Assembly: GCA_016839745.1 (NCBI GenBank)
Contig: JAEOTS010000004.1
Coordinates: 1 to 64,000, forward strand
Length of the DNA: 64,000 nt
Reading direction: 5' to 3'
From: Promethearchaeota archaeon
GTDB taxonomy: Archaea > Asgardarchaeota > Lokiarchaeia > Sigyniarchaeales > SOKP01
Under the pieces are notes generated by a model. It was given only the letters and a program-made list of their open reading frames with translations, was not told the origin of the DNA and did no database searches. Position numbers and translations under genes: made by a program. Each line of letters begins with the position of its first letter. Within the stretch, counting starts at the first letter, position 1. This document shows, one piece after another, positions 59,489 through 64,000 of the stretch.

Positions 59489-60622
59489 CTAGTTTTTTCT
59501 TATTGCGTTTAATAAATCATGTGCATCGATAGAGCGAATGCGTGGTAAAATATAGTTTGCATACAATTCCGAATCGAATTCAGACATCAACTGAATTTTT
59601 TGAGGGCCAATTTCTCTAGCAGCTACTCTCGATAATTGATCTACTTTGATCAAGCCATAGGGATAACCTGGAAACGATAAATCGGTTGAATTTCTTGCTA
59701 AATTTGAGATTATAACTTCTTTTTCCTGTTGATCTAACTTTTCTGATTGGTCTAGATAAATATCAAACCTAAACGGCGAACGGGCAAATTTATGGAGTTT
59801 CACGAAATAGATGTCTGCTAAATTATCCGCCTTAGTTATTCTATAAATTGGATGATAATACCAAGTCTCTTCTGGATATTTTTTACTTGCCATCATATCA
59901 ACCAAAGATATTAAGGAATCTCCGCTTTTTGTAATCAACCTACATGTCTTCGAGAGTCCCGTAATATAAACGCTTTTCTCCTTGGCCGTCGAGTGTAGCT
60001 CTCTCACTAACAAGATTTCGTCTTTATATCCTGTTTGAAGCGATCCGTCTCGAATAAATATATCTCCCTTATCCAGTTCATACTCGATAAGTTTGGTGGC
60101 GTATGTCCATTCTGCAAACCTCATTGCAACTCCACCGAAAATCTCAATTCTCGGCATAAATCGAAATCCAATTAATTCCCTTACTTCATTCAAAGGTATA
60201 ATAATTTCCTCGTCTGGCAAGAATTCTTTAAATCTTGGCTCTCTCGGAAACAGTTGGATATTGTATGCCATTTTTCCATCTGTTAAAGGTTCTAGGATCG
60301 TTGCAGTATAAAATTCTATAACCTCGGGAGTTTTCTTGGATGATTTAATTTTATTTCCTTCAAATAACACTCCTGCAACTCTATTTAAACTGATATTAAA
60401 ATCCGCTGCGCTCAAGATTGATGCAGTTCCCCCATCCACGAAGGCTAATTTTCTCGACTCATCACAGACCGGAATTGGAAAAATTCTCTCTTTAGCAATA
60501 TCATAACTTATTTCATTCTCTCCTTCGGTAAAGGGTGAATCTTTAATATTAATTTCTCGTTTGCGCTGTTGAATAAAATCGATACACTCTTTTAACACAG
60601 AGGGGTTGTTATTGTCGTTCAT
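59489..60622 (-). CDS. nurA: NurA 5'-3' nuclease
   Basis: AFVDGG, MRFAE, RDGSL, GLSK and GYPYGLIKVD..SRV; adjacent to herA. Confidence 0.88.
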   Translation of the reverse strand: MNDNNNPSVLKECIDFIQQRKREINIKDSPFTEGENEISYDIAKERIFPIPVCDESRKLAFVDGGTASILSAADFNISLNRVAGVLFEGNKIKSSKKTPEVIEFYTATILEPLTDGKMAYNIQLFPREPRFKEFLPDEEIIIPLNEVRELIGFRFMPRIEIFGGVAMRFAEWTYATKLIEYELDKGDIFIRDGSLQTGYKDEILLVRELHSTAKEKSVYITGLSKTCRLITKSGDSLISLVDMMASKKYPEETWYYHPIYRITKADNLADIYFVKLHKFARSPFRFDIYLDQSEKLDQQEKEVIISNLARNSTDLSFPGYPYGLIKVDQLSRVAAREIGPQKIQLMSEFDSELYANYILPRIRSIDAHDLLNAIRKN

Positions 60623-60755
60623 CTATATTCATTTATTTTGCCTTTAATATATTATTATAAGGTGTGATATTTATATATTTAAATTTAAAGTTCTTGTCTA
60701 AAACTCATCTTCAATTAAAAAACTAAAATTCACCAGTCAATCCAAACTTAAAATA

Positions 60756-62726
60756 TTATAAAGTATAGATATTTTGAATAATTTCTTCAATAATAGTAAT
60801 TTTCTTACCGTCTAAATAGCATTTTTCTATAAAATCTTCCATAACTTTATAATTCTTTTTACAATCTTTTACTTTCGTGAATTCATAAATTTCTTTTAGT
60901 TTATTAAGTTCCTTATTGTAATAATCTTCCTCGACACTAGATTTTATTATAGTTGACATATTTGGATTTAATGAAGCCCAATTTCTTTCAACTTTTTGTT
61001 CATATGGATCCTTGATATCTTTATCACCCATGATTTTCCTTAAAACGGTATTAGTCTTCTTATGATTCTCAAGGTCATCACCTTTCTTATTACTATCAGT
61101 ATCAAAAATTACATATGTTGGAATCTCAAATTCTCTAAAAATTAATGCTAAACGGTCTAAATTTCTTTTACCTAAACTAGGTATAACTGTAATTCCGCAT
61201 TCATCAAAATTCTTTTCACTTAATTTTTGATCAAGAGCTAAAAAAATAGCTTTATCTTCTAGCCCTTCTACAAATACTACTTTATCTGCGAAAAAACCCT
61301 CTGATATTTCAAGTGTCATAATAGATATCAATCGACTTATTAATGTTGTCGCATCACATTTTTTTTCCTCAGGGAATTCCCACATCTCTTTAATTTTTTG
61401 GGCAATATCATGAAGTTCAATTTCTTTTGCAGAAACAAAATAGTGATCATTTTTTTTTATTTTCCTTAAAATCCGTATGTTTTCGACACTCTGTATATCT
61501 ATTAAATAAGGAGAATGACTACTGCATATTATTTGAAATTTAAATCCTGAATCTTTATTATAAGTTATTATCTCATTAAATAATTTCTTGATTAATTTAA
61601 TTCTATTAGGGTGTTGGTACAATTCAGGTTCTTCAATAATTAGTAAGATTAAGTTTTCATTCTGATCAGAATTATCTTCATCTCGATCTATCCCCTTGCT
61701 TTCTTTCTCTATAAACCGCTGTTCCCCTAAATATTGCAAAAGAGTGAAGAAAAAAGTTCTCTGTACTCCATGACCTAAAGACGATATAGGTCCTTTGAAT
61801 TCATACTCCTTTAATTCTGTCCCATAGCTTGTTCCTTTAAACAAAACATCTCCGGGAAAAAAATTAATATATACTTCACAATCTGGTGCATATTGATTTA
61901 ATCTATCACTTAACTCTTTATTTAGAAAAGAAATTCTAGAAATATTATCTTTATCTGTAAATTCTTGATATTTCTTTAATGTGATCTCTTTAAATTCATT
62001 TAACTCCCTTGATTCCTCAATTGTATTTTTAATAGTCAAGTTCACTAATTCATTTAAATAAGTTGATCGTTCTTCTTTTTCTTCTTCACTATATTCATGA
62101 ACTGCAGGAATAAAAAAGAATTCCATATATTTTCCTAATTTCCCTGTTCCTACTCCTCTCCAACCGAAAAACTGACCTTTATCCATGGTAAGTTCTAGAT
62201 CAGCAGGATGATCATTTTCCCATTCAGTTAAAAATACTTCAATAACATCCGCTGATTGTCTCCCAATTTCTGGTAAAGAAGTGTATTTTTCCATTGTTTT
62301 GAGTTCTTTATATAATTTTTTTTTCTCAGTTTTACTTTCAGTTTCCCTAATTTCATTAAATTGACGATATAATTTTCTTTGACCATGATATTTTTGAGAT
62401 TTGTTAGGATTGTTATTTTCTTCATCACCTTTAGCTATTTTTATTACTCGTAATATGTTATTTTGGATATAAGGATGAAATTCTTGCTCTTCGTCTTTTG
62501 TTAAACCCGTAAATGCTATGCTTACTTCTATCTGATTTTTCAAATCTTTATTGTAAAAATCCTCTACTTTTAATCTATATTTAGGTTCTTTGAAAAAATT
62601 TAAAGCATGTAAAATTGAAGATTTTCCAACACCATTTTTTCCAATTAAAATGGTAAAATTACTTAATTTTAATGTTAAATCTTTGATCCCTCTAAAATTT
62701 TTAATATTAACTTCTTTAATTTTCAT
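60756..62726 (-). CDS. OLD-family ATP-dependent nuclease (ABC ATPase + TOPRIM)
   Basis: IKNFRGI, GKNGVGKS, GHGVQR, IIEEPELYQHP, SSHSP, FVEGLED and FDTD. ATG at 62726 (track: 62738). Confidence 0.9.
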   Translation of the reverse strand: MKIKEVNIKNFRGIKDLTLKLSNFTILIGKNGVGKSSILHALNFFKEPKYRLKVEDFYNKDLKNQIEVSIAFTGLTKDEEQEFHPYIQNNILRVIKIAKGDEENNNPNKSQKYHGQRKLYRQFNEIRETESKTEKKKLYKELKTMEKYTSLPEIGRQSADVIEVFLTEWENDHPADLELTMDKGQFFGWRGVGTGKLGKYMEFFFIPAVHEYSEEEKEERSTYLNELVNLTIKNTIEESRELNEFKEITLKKYQEFTDKDNISRISFLNKELSDRLNQYAPDCEVYINFFPGDVLFKGTSYGTELKEYEFKGPISSLGHGVQRTFFFTLLQYLGEQRFIEKESKGIDRDEDNSDQNENLILLIIEEPELYQHPNRIKLIKKLFNEIITYNKDSGFKFQIICSSHSPYLIDIQSVENIRILRKIKKNDHYFVSAKEIELHDIAQKIKEMWEFPEEKKCDATTLISRLISIMTLEISEGFFADKVVFVEGLEDKAIFLALDQKLSEKNFDECGITVIPSLGKRNLDRLALIFREFEIPTYVIFDTDSNKKGDDLENHKKTNTVLRKIMGDKDIKDPYEQKVERNWASLNPNMSTIIKSSVEEDYYNKELNKLKEIYEFTKVKDCKKNYKVMEDFIEKCYLDGKKITIIEEIIQNIYTL

Positions 62727-62886
62727 AACTAAAACCAATTTTTAGAATTGAATTGAAACATAAGGAATTTTGTCGGTAATATTTATTAATTAATAGATAT
62801 TACTCATTTCTGTAATATAAATTATACATAGTAATTAATAAATGTTATAAAATGTATAAATAAATAAAAAGAATTAAGCGGTTCAT

Positions 62887-63195
62887 TTGAAAAGGATAAT
62901 ATGTGAAGCTATCAAAGGTAAGAAGGTTCTTACATTTTATTATGATGGAGGAAATCGTAGAACTGAGCCATATTGCTACGGTCGTGGGAAAAAAGGTAAT
63001 GATTTTCTAAGAGCATACCAAATTAGTGGATATAGTAGATCAGGTAACCCACAAGGATGGAAACTCTTTATTATGTCTAAATTATCAAGTATAATAATAA
63101 CGGATGAGACTTTTAATAAAATTAGACCGAAATATAATCCCAAAGATCCTCAAATGTCTACGATATATTGTAAAATAGAAAAAACTTCTGTTTAG
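62887..63195 (+). CDS. Stand-alone WYL-domain protein
   Basis: AIKGKKVLTFYY...RRTEPY...LRAYQ...GWKLFIMSKLSSI. Confidence 0.8.
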   Translation: MKRIICEAIKGKKVLTFYYDGGNRRTEPYCYGRGKKGNDFLRAYQISGYSRSGNPQGWKLFIMSKLSSIIITDETFNKIRPKYNPKDPQMSTIYCKIEKTSV

Positions 63196-63241
63196 ATTCC
63201 AGTTCTTTTTATCCCCAATAAGATATTGGTGTTTAAACACC

Positions 63242-63562
63242 AAGCACTTCAGTTACGAGGAACTTTACTTCCTAAAGGAAAAGAGTAACCTCGCCATCTA
63301 CCAAGCTTTGTTACCAAAAGTTTTTAGGATGCCAGGAGTCAGAGAAAAATACGACAGAGAGCCTGGAGCGTTTGAAGAGATGTTGTCGGGAAACATTGGT
63401 GCTCGTTCCTTTGCTCCGTTTGTTAGAATTACATCCGATTTCCTCTCCGTTGACGTTATATTTTCCGGCATACTTAATATAAAACCGAAGAATATAGCAC
63501 CGAACCTTAAAGGATTTGACTACATTAACATGGAAGTGCGAGAAACATATTTTAACTATTAA
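63242..63562 (+). pseudogene. Headless ORF or gene remnant (frame open from about 63179)
   Basis: KHFSYEELYFLKEKSNLAIYQALLPKVFRMPGVREKYDREPGAFEEML... is protein-like upstream of the first TTG (63308) but has no clear start or SD. Confidence 0.35.
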
Positions 63563-63826
63563 ATGTTTAAAACCTTCTTTTTTTATTTTTTATTAAAAAA
63601 TGTTAATCTAAAGACCCAAGAACCTTTTTATACACGGCTAAAAAACATTTTTTAAACAATTAACTTGAGAGAATGATAAATGCCAATTTTGACATTCTAT
63701 GCGTTAGTAATTGCACTTTTAACAGGAATAGATACTAACGATTAAGTTTTTTTCTCTAACTTAAGGTTAAATTATAATGATTAAGCCCTCTTAGGATTTA
63801 AATCAGATAATTGAATTTTTTATATA

Positions 63827-64000
63827 ATGAAAAATAGGATTCACACTAAGGAACAAGCTCGAGCGTTTCTCGTACAAAACGCGTTAAACGAGATAATCGA
63901 AATAAGTGATTCTTCTAAATTTTATACGAAGGTGTTTTGTGTCTTTGCGAAGTATGGGCTCCTGTTAGACGCAAGGGGAGAGGATTTTTTCTCCGGAGAC
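63827..64000 (+). CDS. Hypothetical protein, N-terminal part; runs off the window edge
   Basis: ATG at 63827, MKNRIHTKEQARAFLVQNALNEIIEISDSSKFYTKVFCVFAKYGLLL..., open to the edge. Confidence 0.55.
   Translation, partial: MKNRIHTKEQARAFLVQNALNEIIEISDSSKFYTKVFCVFAKYGLLLDARGEDFFSGD

Noticed and set aside
50762-62726. Gabija system call
   Set aside because: OLD and UvrD are about 8 kb apart on opposite strands, and the helicase looks like a full PcrA-type enzyme.
63244-63539. Possible SRP or RNase P RNA (about 300 nt closed by a terminal stem)
   Set aside because: No SRP helix-8 motif or RNase P CR-I/CR-V pair found, and one frame is open and protein-like throughout.
1-64000. tRNA, rRNA, CRISPR array, transposase or integrase
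   Set aside because: None recognised by eye; tRNAscan-SE, Infernal and ISEScan would be needed to exclude them formally.

Overview
AT-rich archaeal DNA, most likely Asgard archaea (Lokiarchaeia-like). This is an inference from a Rab-like GTPase, HEAT and LRR proteins, the archaeal NurA-HerA-Mre11-Rad50 operon, TrmB and PhoU-AbrB regulators and GGTG(A)-type Shine-Dalgarno motifs. 1-29 kb is mostly metabolic: sulfatase, UroD-family enzyme, ThDP enzyme, ADH, an acyl-CoA ligase/ACAD/crotonase cluster, pyrG, abfD, carAB and PhoU, plus a small eukaryote-signature cluster at 2.9-6.8 kb. About 29.4-50.2 kb is an accessory region holding a plant-NLR-type LRR protein, a secreted Zn-phospholipase C/P1-fold enzyme, a 3748-aa surface protein, a HEPN RNase, a Pycsar-effector-like membrane protein and micro-ORFs. 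50.7-63.2 kb is a DNA end-processing/defence cluster: UvrD, a TPR protein with a duplicated unknown domain, rad50-mre11-herA-nurA, an OLD nuclease and WYL. Main findings: (1) five ~200-aa lectin-like modules appear inserted in-frame into the giant protein, with reciprocal filled/empty sites in two copies of the host repeat and different base composition; (2) several genes, including the Rab-like GTPase, appear to start at ATA/ATT; (3) a resection operon is extended by OLD/WYL and an unknown-domain TPR gene. No rRNA, tRNA, CRISPR array or intact transposase was recognised. All family calls come from reading motifs by eye; no searches were run.
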